64,000 nucleotides of DNA, from assembly GCA_015060405.1 (NCBI GenBank), contig SUYN01000015.1, positions 2,821-66,820 on the forward strand. Reading direction: 5' to 3'. How positions within the stretch are numbered: the first letter of the stretch is position 1; each line of letters opens with the position of its first letter. The notes under the pieces were generated by a model, which saw only the letters and a list, made by a program, of their open reading frames with translations, had not been told where the DNA came from and did no database searches. This DNA comes from Bacteroidales bacterium. Lineage in GTDB: Bacteria > Bacteroidota > Bacteroidia > Bacteroidales > UBA932. This document shows positions 56,862 to 64,000 of this stretch, piece after piece. Both the position numbers and the translations under genes were made by a program.

Positions 56862-59036
56862 TCAGGCCTTCCACACCTTCAGGTACTGCTGCAGAGCCCA
56901 CATCTCGTCTCTGTATTTTGCTGCCGCCATGAAGTCGAGGTCTGCAGCTGCCTTCTGCATGTTCCTCTTCGCCTGTTCGACGGCCTTCTCCACCTGCTTA
57001 CGGCTCATAGAGCGGATGACCGGATCCTGGAGCACGGCCGCAAGGTCTGCCTGAAGATAACCGTCGACATATGCGGAATTGCTCTCGCGTTTCGAATCAT
57101 GTCCGAGCCCGACGCTGACTGTGCCTCGGCCGAGATCGGAAGGGTCAGGGATATATGTAGGGTCGTCGTATGAATTCGCTGCGCTGACTTTGCCGGTGAC
57201 TGTGTTTGCCAGTCTCGGATTCCTGTTTCCTTCCGTTGCGCCGGCCTCTTCCAGCAGGACGTTCTTCTTCACCGACACCTGGGTCGGCGTGATGCCGTGG
57301 AGCTTGTTGTACTCCATCTGTCTGGTACGTCGGCGGTCGGTTTCGTATATTGTCTGCTGCATGGAATCAGTGATGACGTCCGCATACATGATCACCAGTC
57401 CGTTGACGTTTCTGGCTGCGCGGCCTGCGGTCTGGGTCAAGGCCCTTCCGCTTCGCAGGAAGCCTTCCTTGTCCGCATCCAGGATGGCCACCAGAGAGAC
57501 TGTCGGTATGTCAAGGCCTTCACGCAGAAGGTTCACACCCACAAGCACATCGAACAGGCCGTTCTTGAAGTCCTCGATGATCTCCACTCTTTCCATGGTG
57601 TCCACGTCGGAATGGATGTACCGGCATCGTACTCCCATCTTTGTGAAATACTTCTCGAGCTCCTCCGCCATTCTCTTTGTGAGTGTCGTGACAAGCACCC
57701 TCTCGTCCATCTCGGCCCTCTTGCGGATCTCCTCCAGAAGGTCGTCGACCTGATTCTTGATCGGCCTCACCTCTATCGGAGGATCCAGAAGTCCTGTCGG
57801 ACGTACGACCTGTTCCACCACGAGCCCTTCCGATCTTTCCAGTTCGTAATCTGCAGGGGTGGCGCTGACAAAGACCTTCTGTCCGGTGATCTCCTCGAAC
57901 TCGTCGAATTTCAGCGGCCTGTTGTCAGCGGCTGCCGGCAGTCGGAATCCATATTCCACCAGAATCGACTTGCGCGAATGGTCACCTCCGTACATGGCTC
58001 TGATCTGAGGCAGGGTGACATGACTTTCGTCTATGAACGTAATGAAATCCTTAGGGAAATAGTCGATCAGGCAGAACGGCCTCATTCCCTCGCTCCGGCC
58101 GTCGAAATATCTGGAATAATTCTCAATCCCCGGGCAATATCCCATCTCCTTGATGAACTCCAGGTCATATTCCACGCGCTGCTTCAATCGCTTGGCCTCC
58201 AGATGTTTGCCTATTTCGTGGAAATATTCGCACTGGGCAGTCATGTCGTCCTGTATCTGGCTTATCGCCTTGATGCTCCGCTCCTTCGTCGTCACGAAAT
58301 TTCCGGCGGGATATATGGCTATCTCATCGAGCTCGTCAATGAATGCCCCGGTCAGCGGGTCGATAACCGATATCTGCTCCACTTCATCTCCGAAGAATTC
58401 TATCCGGACCGCATTCTCGCCGTAGCCTATGCATATATCCACAGTGTCTCCGCGCACCCTGAATGTACCTCTCTTGAATTCCACTTCCGTACGTGAGTAG
58501 AGGGCATCGACCAGCTGGTAGAGAAGCCTTGTCATGCTGCGCTCTTCTCCGCGCTTCACCACGACGGTCTGGGCGTGGAAGTCAGCAGGGTTTCCGATGC
58601 CATACAGGCATGATACACTGGATATTACTATGACGTCACGCCTTCCTGAAAGCAGGGATGAGGCCGCGCTGAGACGGAGCTTCTCGATCTCGTCGTTGAT
58701 GCTGAGGTCCTTCTCTATGTATGTGTCGGTAACAGGGAGATATGCCTCCGGCTGATAATAGTCGTAGTAGGATACGAAATATTCCACGGCGTTGTTTGGA
58801 AAGAACGACTTGAACTCTCCGTACAACTGGGCTGCGAGTGTCTTGTTGTGGCTCAGGATCAGCGCCGGTCTCTGCAGCTTCTCGATGACATTGGCCATGG
58901 TGAATGTCTTGCCGGAGCCGGTCACACCGAGAAGTGTGACAGCGTCCACTCCGCTGTTCAGAGCGGAGCATATGCCCTCGATTGCCGCCGGCTGATCGCC
59001 TGATGGCTTATATTCCGAATCTATCTTGAACTTCAT
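56862..59036 (-). CDS. uvrB: Excinuclease ABC subunit B
   Basis: 724 aa. '[13 protein letters not shown]', Walker A '[15 protein letters not shown]', 'DESHVTLPQ', helicase C motifs, and a C-terminal UVR motif ('[13 protein letters not shown]'). Confidence 0.95.
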   Translation of the reverse strand: MKFKIDSEYKPSGDQPAAIEGICSALNSGVDAVTLLGVTGSGKTFTMANVIEKLQRPALILSHNKTLAAQLYGEFKSFFPNNAVEYFVSYYDYYQPEAYLPVTDTYIEKDLSINDEIEKLRLSAASSLLSGRRDVIVISSVSCLYGIGNPADFHAQTVVVKRGEERSMTRLLYQLVDALYSRTEVEFKRGTFRVRGDTVDICIGYGENAVRIEFFGDEVEQISVIDPLTGAFIDELDEIAIYPAGNFVTTKERSIKAISQIQDDMTAQCEYFHEIGKHLEAKRLKQRVEYDLEFIKEMGYCPGIENYSRYFDGRSEGMRPFCLIDYFPKDFITFIDESHVTLPQIRAMYGGDHSRKSILVEYGFRLPAAADNRPLKFDEFEEITGQKVFVSATPADYELERSEGLVVEQVVRPTGLLDPPIEVRPIKNQVDDLLEEIRKRAEMDERVLVTTLTKRMAEELEKYFTKMGVRCRYIHSDVDTMERVEIIEDFKNGLFDVLVGVNLLREGLDIPTVSLVAILDADKEGFLRSGRALTQTAGRAARNVNGLVIMYADVITDSMQQTIYETDRRRTRQMEYNKLHGITPTQVSVKKNVLLEEAGATEGNRNPRLANTVTGKVSAANSYDDPTYIPDPSDLGRGTVSVGLGHDSKRESNSAYVDGYLQADLAAVLQDPVIRSMSRKQVEKAVEQAKRNMQKAAADLDFMAAAKYRDEMWALQQYLKVWKA

Positions 59037-59096
59037 TTTCCCTGATATATAATCATACCCCTCATACCCCTCTTCCCCGTTTTAACCGTCCCTTCC

Positions 59097-59486
59097 CGTC
59101 ATTTACGTCATTCCGTCCCTCATCGTCATTCCCGGCCTTCATCGTCGTTCCCGGCCTTCATCGTCGTTCCCGGCCTTCATCGTCATTCCGTCCCTCATCG
59201 TCATTCCCGTCCCTCATCGTCATTCCGTCCCTCACCGTCATTCCCGTCCCTCATCGTCATTCCGTCCCTCATCGTCATTCCATCCCTCATCGTCATTCCC
59301 GGCCTTCTTCGTCATTCCCGTCCCTCATCGTCATTCCCGGCCTTCATCGTCATTCCCGGCCTTCATCGTCATTCCCGGCCTTCATCGTCATTCCGTCCCT
59401 CATCGTCATTCCGTCCCTCATCGTCATTCCCGTCCCTCATCGTCATTCCCGGCCCTCATTGTCATTCCCGGCCTGACCGGGAATCC
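59097..59486 (+). repeat. About 20 tandem copies of an 18-19-bp unit (CATCGTCATTCC[C]G[GT]CC[CT]T), ending in a complete hairpin element
   Basis: 'gtcatt/gtcgtt' recurs at 59107, 59125, 59144, 59163, 59182, 59200, 59219, 59237, 59256, 59274, 59292, 59311, 59330, 59349, 59368, 59387, 59405, 59423, 59442 and 59461. The last copy continues into an 8-bp stem ATTCCCGG/CCGGGAAT (59464-59471 / 59477-59484) with loop CCTGA. Degenerate copies extend back to about 59050. Confidence 0.9.
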
Positions 59487-59575
59487 AATGGAAACATCTA
59501 TGCAAATATAGCGAATTATATGCATTAATCCCTGATAAAATACTATATTTACACTCTGAACTAACCAATTACAAT

Positions 59576-61396
59576 ATGACAATCAGACATATCCTTTTTG
59601 CATCAGCAGTTGCATTGTCCGCAATCTCCTGCAGGTCAGCCTTGTCGGCAGATGACTGGACTCCGGCCGGAGACCGCATCATGACCACCTGGGGTGAGAA
59701 TCTTGACCCTTCAGATGTCCTTCCCGAATATCCTCGTCCGCAGCTTGTCCGCGACCGCTGGGTGAACCTCAACGGCCTCTGGCATTATGCGGTCACAGAT
59801 GCACAGACGGAGCCGGATAAGATGGATGGTGCCATCTTGGTTCCGTTTGCGGTTGAGTCCGCATTGTCGGGCGTCGGCCGTGCGGTGACCGAAAACGAGG
59901 CTCTCTGGTACAGCCGTGAATTCGAAGTCCCTCAGGAGTGGACAGGCCAGAGGGTGATGCTGAACTTCGGTGCAGTAGACTGGAAAGCGGAAGTGTATGT
60001 GGATGAGCAGTTTGCCGGCGAACATACTGGAGGCTATGCTCCCTTCTCCTTCGATATTACAGACCTTCTCGGCAAAGGCCGCAGACATACATTGACAATC
60101 AGAGTCACCGACCGTACGGACAAATGGTTCCAGCCTCGCGGAAAGCAGGTGTCAGAGCCTGAAGGAATATGGTACACCGCAGTGACGGGAATATGGCAGA
60201 CCGTATGGATGGAGCCTGTTCCGGCAGCTCATGTGGAGTCATATTCCGCTGAGGCAGATGTCGATGCAGCTACCTTGCAGGTGAATGTGGAAGCTGTGGT
60301 CGAGGAAGGCGATGTGATCGAGGTCGTGCTCCTTGCAGATGGAACGCCGGTAGCCAAGGCGGAGGGCAGGGAAGTGGTCCTTGCAGTGCCGGACATGAAG
60401 CTCTGGTCACCTGATACGCCATATCTTTATGACCTGGAGATCAAGGTGATGCGTGACGGTGCAGTCGTTGATGCCGTGAAGGGATATGCTGCCATGAGAG
60501 AGATCGGCGTGATCCGAGACAAGGCAGGTCACAAGAGGATGACCCTGAATGGAGAGCCTCTCTTCCAGTACGGCCCTCTCGATCAGGGATGGTGGCCTGA
60601 CGGGCTCTACACGGCACCAAGTGACGAGGCCCTCGCATTCGACATCGAAAAGACAAAGGAGATGGGATTCAACCTCATACGCAAACATGTGAAGGTGGAG
60701 CCGGCGCGCTGGTACTGGCATTGCGACCGTCTCGGCATGCTCGTATGGCAGGATATGCCGAGCATAGCAGATAACAGCAGGAATGTATGGGACAACAGGA
60801 CCTATAACGATGGCACCGACACTCCTGTGCCTGAAGACGGAAAGTCAAACTACTATAAGGAATGGTCAGAAATCATCGCTGCCTATAAGGTCTTCCCTTG
60901 CATCGTCTCATGGGTTCCGTTCAATGAGGCATGGGGCCAGTTCGACACTGAAGAAGTCGTCGTATTCACCCGCCGGCTTGACCCTACACGTCTGATCAAT
61001 TATGCGTCGGGTGGAAACTTCGTGAAGTGCTCAGGTGACATCCTCGACCTGCATAACTATCCTCATCCTGAAATGTATCTCTATGACAAGGACTATGTCA
61101 ACATCCTCGGAGAGTACGGCGGCATAGGCTGGCCGGTCGAGGGACATCTCTGGCAGCCTGACCGCAACTGGGGATACGTGCAGTTCAAGAGTGCGGACGA
61201 AGTGCTTGATACATATGAGAAATATGCGGATATGCTGATAGACCTCATCGACGACGGCTTTGCGGCGGCCATATATACACAGACTACCGACGTGGAGATC
61301 GAAGTGAACGGCCTTATGACATATGACAGGAAGGTCGTGAAGCTGGATATGGACCGTCTGAGCTCGATTAATCGCAGAGTGATTGAAAGTATGTAG
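59576..61396 (+). CDS. GH2-family glycoside hydrolase (short ~600-aa type; specificity unknown)
   Basis: 606 aa with signal peptide/lipobox (LSAISC). 'EYPRPQLVRDRWVNLNGLWHY', a jelly-roll sugar-binding domain ('GAVDWKAEVYVDEQFAGEHTGGYAPFSFDIT'), and TIM-barrel motifs 'NLIRKHVKVEP' and 'WVPFNEAWGQF' (acid/base Glu). Confidence 0.8.
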   Translation: MTIRHILFASAVALSAISCRSALSADDWTPAGDRIMTTWGENLDPSDVLPEYPRPQLVRDRWVNLNGLWHYAVTDAQTEPDKMDGAILVPFAVESALSGVGRAVTENEALWYSREFEVPQEWTGQRVMLNFGAVDWKAEVYVDEQFAGEHTGGYAPFSFDITDLLGKGRRHTLTIRVTDRTDKWFQPRGKQVSEPEGIWYTAVTGIWQTVWMEPVPAAHVESYSAEADVDAATLQVNVEAVVEEGDVIEVVLLADGTPVAKAEGREVVLAVPDMKLWSPDTPYLYDLEIKVMRDGAVVDAVKGYAAMREIGVIRDKAGHKRMTLNGEPLFQYGPLDQGWWPDGLYTAPSDEALAFDIEKTKEMGFNLIRKHVKVEPARWYWHCDRLGMLVWQDMPSIADNSRNVWDNRTYNDGTDTPVPEDGKSNYYKEWSEIIAAYKVFPCIVSWVPFNEAWGQFDTEEVVVFTRRLDPTRLINYASGGNFVKCSGDILDLHNYPHPEMYLYDKDYVNILGEYGGIGWPVEGHLWQPDRNWGYVQFKSADEVLDTYEKYADMLIDLIDDGFAAAIYTQTTDVEIEVNGLMTYDRKVVKLDMDRLSSINRRVIESM

Positions 61397-61436
61397 CGCG
61401 AATCCGATTTTTTATTATCTTTGCACGATTGCTAAG

Positions 61437-61523
61437 CCATCCCGAGCTTGTCGATGCCAGGCAATTGTCATCCCGAGCGAAGCCGGTGCCAAGTAATGTC
61501 ATCCCGAGCTTGTCGAGGGAACT
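61437..61523 (+). repeat. Three tandem ~31-nt units with core (G/C)TCATCCCGAGC
   Basis: Units are 'gccatcccgagcttgtcgatgccaggcaatt', 'gtcatcccgagcgaagccggtgccaagtaat', 'gtcatcccgagcttgtcgagggaactaacg'. They lie in the gap between the GH2 stop and the NifU-like start. They share the GTCATCCC head with the 30417 element. Confidence 0.75.
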
Positions 61524-61562
61524 AACGAAAGTAACGTTTTAAAACTAAATTATAGTACTATT

Positions 61563-62264
61563 ATGGTTTATTCACACGAAGTGCAGCAGATGTGCTGCGT
61601 AAAGAAGGGACCTAACCACGGTCCGGCTCCAATTCCTGAAGAAGGAAAGTGGGTAAAATCAAAACAGATCACTGATATTTCAGGCCTTACTCATGGTATC
61701 GGCTGGTGCGCACCTCAGCAGGGTGCCTGCAAGCTTACACTCAATGTAAAGGAAGGTATCATCCAGGAGGCTCTCGTCGAGACTATCGGATGCTCAGGTA
61801 TGACTCACTCAGCTGCAATGGCATCTGAGATCCTCCCAGGCAAGACTCTTCTTGAGGCTCTCAACACAGACCTCGTTTGCGACGCCATCAACACAGCTAT
61901 GCGCGAGCTCTTCCTTCAGATCGTTTACGGACGTACTCAGTCAGCTTTCTCTGAGGGTGGTCTTATGATCGGTGCAGGTCTTGAGGACCTTGGAAAGGGA
62001 CTCCGTTCACAGGTAGGTACACTTTACGGTACTCTCGCAAAGGGTCCTCGTTACCTCGAGATGGCAGAAGGTTACATCAAGACTCTCGCACTTGACAAGA
62101 ACGACGAGATCTGCGGCTACCAGTTCGTACACCTCGGACGTTTCATGGACCTCATCAAGAAGGGAGTAGACGCTAATGAGGCTCTCAAGCAGGTAACAGG
62201 AACATATGGCCGTTTCTCTGAAGAGGCCGGTGCAGTTAAATACATTGACCCACGTCACGAATAA
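61563..62264 (+). CDS. NifU/IscU-N-terminal-like iron-sulfur scaffold-related protein (partner of the GGGtGRT protein)
   Basis: 233 aa. 'LTHGIGWCAPQQGACKLTLNVKEGIIQEALVETIGCSGMTHSAAMASEILPGKTLLEAL' has the spacing of IscU/NifU N-domain cysteines. The extra ~110-aa C-terminal part is unassigned. Confidence 0.6.
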   Translation: MVYSHEVQQMCCVKKGPNHGPAPIPEEGKWVKSKQITDISGLTHGIGWCAPQQGACKLTLNVKEGIIQEALVETIGCSGMTHSAAMASEILPGKTLLEALNTDLVCDAINTAMRELFLQIVYGRTQSAFSEGGLMIGAGLEDLGKGLRSQVGTLYGTLAKGPRYLEMAEGYIKTLALDKNDEICGYQFVHLGRFMDLIKKGVDANEALKQVTGTYGRFSEEAGAVKYIDPRHE

Positions 62265-62265
62265 T

Positions 62266-62272
62266 AAGGAGG
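62266..62272 (+). promoter_or_regulatory. Canonical Shine-Dalgarno sequence AAGGAGG, 7 nt upstream of the ATG at 62280
   Basis: Read directly: 'taataAGGAGGaaagactATG'. Comparable sites are absent upstream of nearly all other genes in the window. Confidence 0.7.
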
Positions 62273-62279
62273 AAAGACT

Positions 62280-63290
62280 ATGATTAGAGAAGTAAAATTC
62301 GAAAGCCAGGATCGTCGTATCAACCAGATCCTCGCAGTTCTCAACGAGAACGGTATCGCTTCTATCGAGGAGGCAAACGCAATCTGCGATCAGTATGGTC
62401 TCGATCCTTATATGACATGTGAGGAGACTCAGCCAATCTGCTTCGAGAACGCAAAGTGGGCTTATGTAGTAGGATGTGCAATCGCTCTCAAGAAGGGTTG
62501 CAAGAACGCAGCTGAGGCAGCTGAGGCTATCGGTCTCGGTCTCCAGGCATTCTGTATCCCAGGTTCAGTAGCTGACGACCGTAAGGTTGGTCTCGGCCAC
62601 GGTAACCTCGCAGCTATGCTCCTCCGTGAGGAGACAAAGTGCTTCGCATTCCTCGCAGGTCACGAGTCATTCGCAGCAGCTGAGGGTGCAATCAAGATCG
62701 CAGCTAAGGCTGACAAGGTTCGCAAGGAGCCTCTCCGCGTGATCCTCAACGGTCTCGGTAAGGATGCAGCTCAGATCATCGCACGTATCAACGGTTTCAC
62801 ATATGTACAGACTGAGTTCGACTACTTCACTGGTGAGCTCAAGGAAGTACGCCGTATCCCATACAGCGACGGTCCACGCGCAAAGGTGAACTGCTACGGT
62901 GCAGACGACGTACGCGAGGGTGTAGCAATCATGTGGCACGAGGGTGTTGACGTATCTATCACAGGTAACTCAACAAACCCTACACGTTTCCAGCACCCTA
63001 CAGCAGGTACTTACAAGAAGGAGCGCGTGCTCGCAGGCAAGCCATACTTCTCAGTAGCATCAGGTGGTGGTACAGGCCGTACACTTCACCCAGACAACAT
63101 GGCAGCAGGTCCGGCATCATACGGTATGACCGACACCATGGGTCGTATGCACTCTGACGCTCAGTTCGCAGGCTCATCATCAGTTCCAGCACACGTTGAG
63201 ATGATGGGATTCCTCGGCATCGGTAACAACCCAATGGTAGGTTGTACAGTTGCTTGTGCGGTTGACGTTGCTACTGCGCTCAACAAATAA
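62280..63290 (+). CDS. GGGtGRT-motif protein (conserved, function unknown)
   Basis: 336 aa. Contains the eponymous motif 'FSVASGGGTGRTLHPDNMAAGPASYGMTD'. Codon usage resembles the highly expressed genes here (xylA, fba). Paired with the NifU-like gene 15 nt upstream. Confidence 0.7.
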   Translation: MIREVKFESQDRRINQILAVLNENGIASIEEANAICDQYGLDPYMTCEETQPICFENAKWAYVVGCAIALKKGCKNAAEAAEAIGLGLQAFCIPGSVADDRKVGLGHGNLAAMLLREETKCFAFLAGHESFAAAEGAIKIAAKADKVRKEPLRVILNGLGKDAAQIIARINGFTYVQTEFDYFTGELKEVRRIPYSDGPRAKVNCYGADDVREGVAIMWHEGVDVSITGNSTNPTRFQHPTAGTYKKERVLAGKPYFSVASGGGTGRTLHPDNMAAGPASYGMTDTMGRMHSDAQFAGSSSVPAHVEMMGFLGIGNNPMVGCTVACAVDVATALNK

Positions 63291-63321
63291 ATTTGTTTCG
63301 CTTGTAGCAAGCAAAGAATAC

Positions 63322-63347
63322 GCCCGGCTCACCGCCGGGCTTTTTCT
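63322..63347 (+). terminator. Rho-independent terminator after the GGGtGRT gene
   Basis: Stem GCCCGGC / GCCGGGC (63322-63328 / 63334-63340), 5-nt loop, then TTTTTCTTT. Confidence 0.8.
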
Positions 63348-63801
63348 TTGCAACTATCTTAACCCCAGTCAGCTGACGCTGACAGCCCCTGTCAGGGGCA
63401 TGCCGGTCACTCCCTTCGGTCGGACCGGGCGTCCCTGCTGCTTCTACTTTCTTCGAAAGTCTCGCTGACGCAGATGACGCGGCGCTGATGCGCCTTATTA
63501 TAGTGTATATGTTGTGTGCATATCCTTTCGAGGGTGTCTCTTTTTTGTCTGCCACCTTCCGGCCAGAAAAACGCCACTTATCTTGGCCACCGACCTTGAA
63601 AACACCTTCCCGGCCATAAAAAAGGCTGTTTTTATGGCCGGTGACCTCAAGAATAGTTTCCAGTCCACGAAATCGCCCAATTTCATGGACAGAACGACCT
63701 TCCCGCACCCAATGAGCGACCTGTTTCAGATGGCTCGCGGTATATGCTTGCGTTTTGCTGATTAATAACTATCTTTACAAATGGATCATAAAGGAGTATT
63801 A

Positions 63802-64000
63802 ATGAACACGTGTGTCATTTTAGACGGTGTGAACGGGCACGGAGTGAAACGGATGCTCAGTACTTTCAAAGAGGATTATAATATTGGGGACAGGTTTCAT
63901 CGATTCTGTTTGAATGTATATGCTCTCGACTTTAAGAAACATCTTGTTGTTTTTGAAGGAGGGTACAAGTTTGAAGATTTCTATGATCTTCTTTTGACTC
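63802..64000 (+). CDS. 3'-truncated hypothetical ORF (AT-rich) running off the window
   Basis: Open frame MNTCVILDGVNGHGVKRMLSTFKEDYNIGDRFHRFCLNVYALDFKKHLVVFEGGYKFEDFYDLLLT..., preceded by AAGGAG 5 nt upstream. An in-frame ATG also exists at 63781. No family recognised; composition differs from neighbouring genes. Confidence 0.35.
   Translation, partial: MNTCVILDGVNGHGVKRMLSTFKEDYNIGDRFHRFCLNVYALDFKKHLVVFEGGYKFEDFYDLLLT

Noticed and set aside
56950-57250. Possible insertion in UvrB (724 aa; extra Gly/Ser/Asp-rich segment '[50 protein letters not shown]' before the UVR motif)
   Set aside because: The linker between the helicase core and the C-terminal UVR domain is naturally variable and low-complexity in UvrB. 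There is no sign of a frame disruption or a foreign domain, so it is not considered noteworthy without comparative data.
63280-63765. Small ORFs in the gap after the GGGtGRT gene (63280-63708 minus, 63498-63686 minus, 63514-63765 plus, 63250-63468 plus)
   Set aside because: They overlap one another on both strands and span the terminator and hairpins. They have no start context and no recognisable motifs. The region is treated as non-coding (see finding).

Overview
This 64-kb chromosomal segment looks like a gut Bacteroidales (Bacteroidota) genome. It has SusC/SusD pairs, many lipoprotein signal peptides ending in Cys, almost no Shine-Dalgarno sites, and TAnnTTTG-like boxes upstream of some genes. 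All family calls come from motifs read by eye; no search was run.

Contents from left to right:
(1) 1-16134 (+): nine tightly packed or overlapping genes. They encode a SusC/SusD pair, DUF4843-like and PKD-like lipoproteins, a TlpA-type CxxC thioredoxin, an S41 serine peptidase and repeat-module lipoproteins. There is no glycoside hydrolase, so this may be a protein or peptide utilisation locus.
(2) 16246-18416: HdeD-like membrane protein, S1/P1 nuclease and a DUF4369-like lipoprotein.
(3) 18423-31986 (+): a xylose and xyloglucan side-chain cluster (GH43, PA14-containing GH31, uxuA, SDR, GH2, xylB, xylA, xylE).
(4) 32096-48020 (-): a Sus-like alpha-glucan PUL. It encodes a SusR-like regulator, SusC, SusD, a 4xCBM SusE/F-like protein, two GH13 genes, a CBM-BACON-SGNH fusion and a GH31.
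(5) 48084-50410 and 53467-59036: housekeeping genes (nadD, gmk, fba, ppa, a C_GCAxxG_C_C protein, RelA/SpoT, uvrB).
(6) 59576-63290: a GH2, then a NifU-like plus GGGtGRT-motif gene pair.

The most unusual structure is at 50494-53294. An AT-rich HUH/Y1 (IS200-like, RAYT-type) transposase gene sits between two direct-orientation arrays, each with about 11.7 copies of a 73-bp repeat. The arrays are not CRISPR and not coding.

A second repeat family is a hairpin, GTCATYCCCGGCCTGACCGGGRAT, whose two complete copies differ by a compensatory stem change. It occurs between xylA and xylE. It also ends a roughly 20-copy 18-19-bp tandem array that runs to within about 60 bp of the uvrB start codon.
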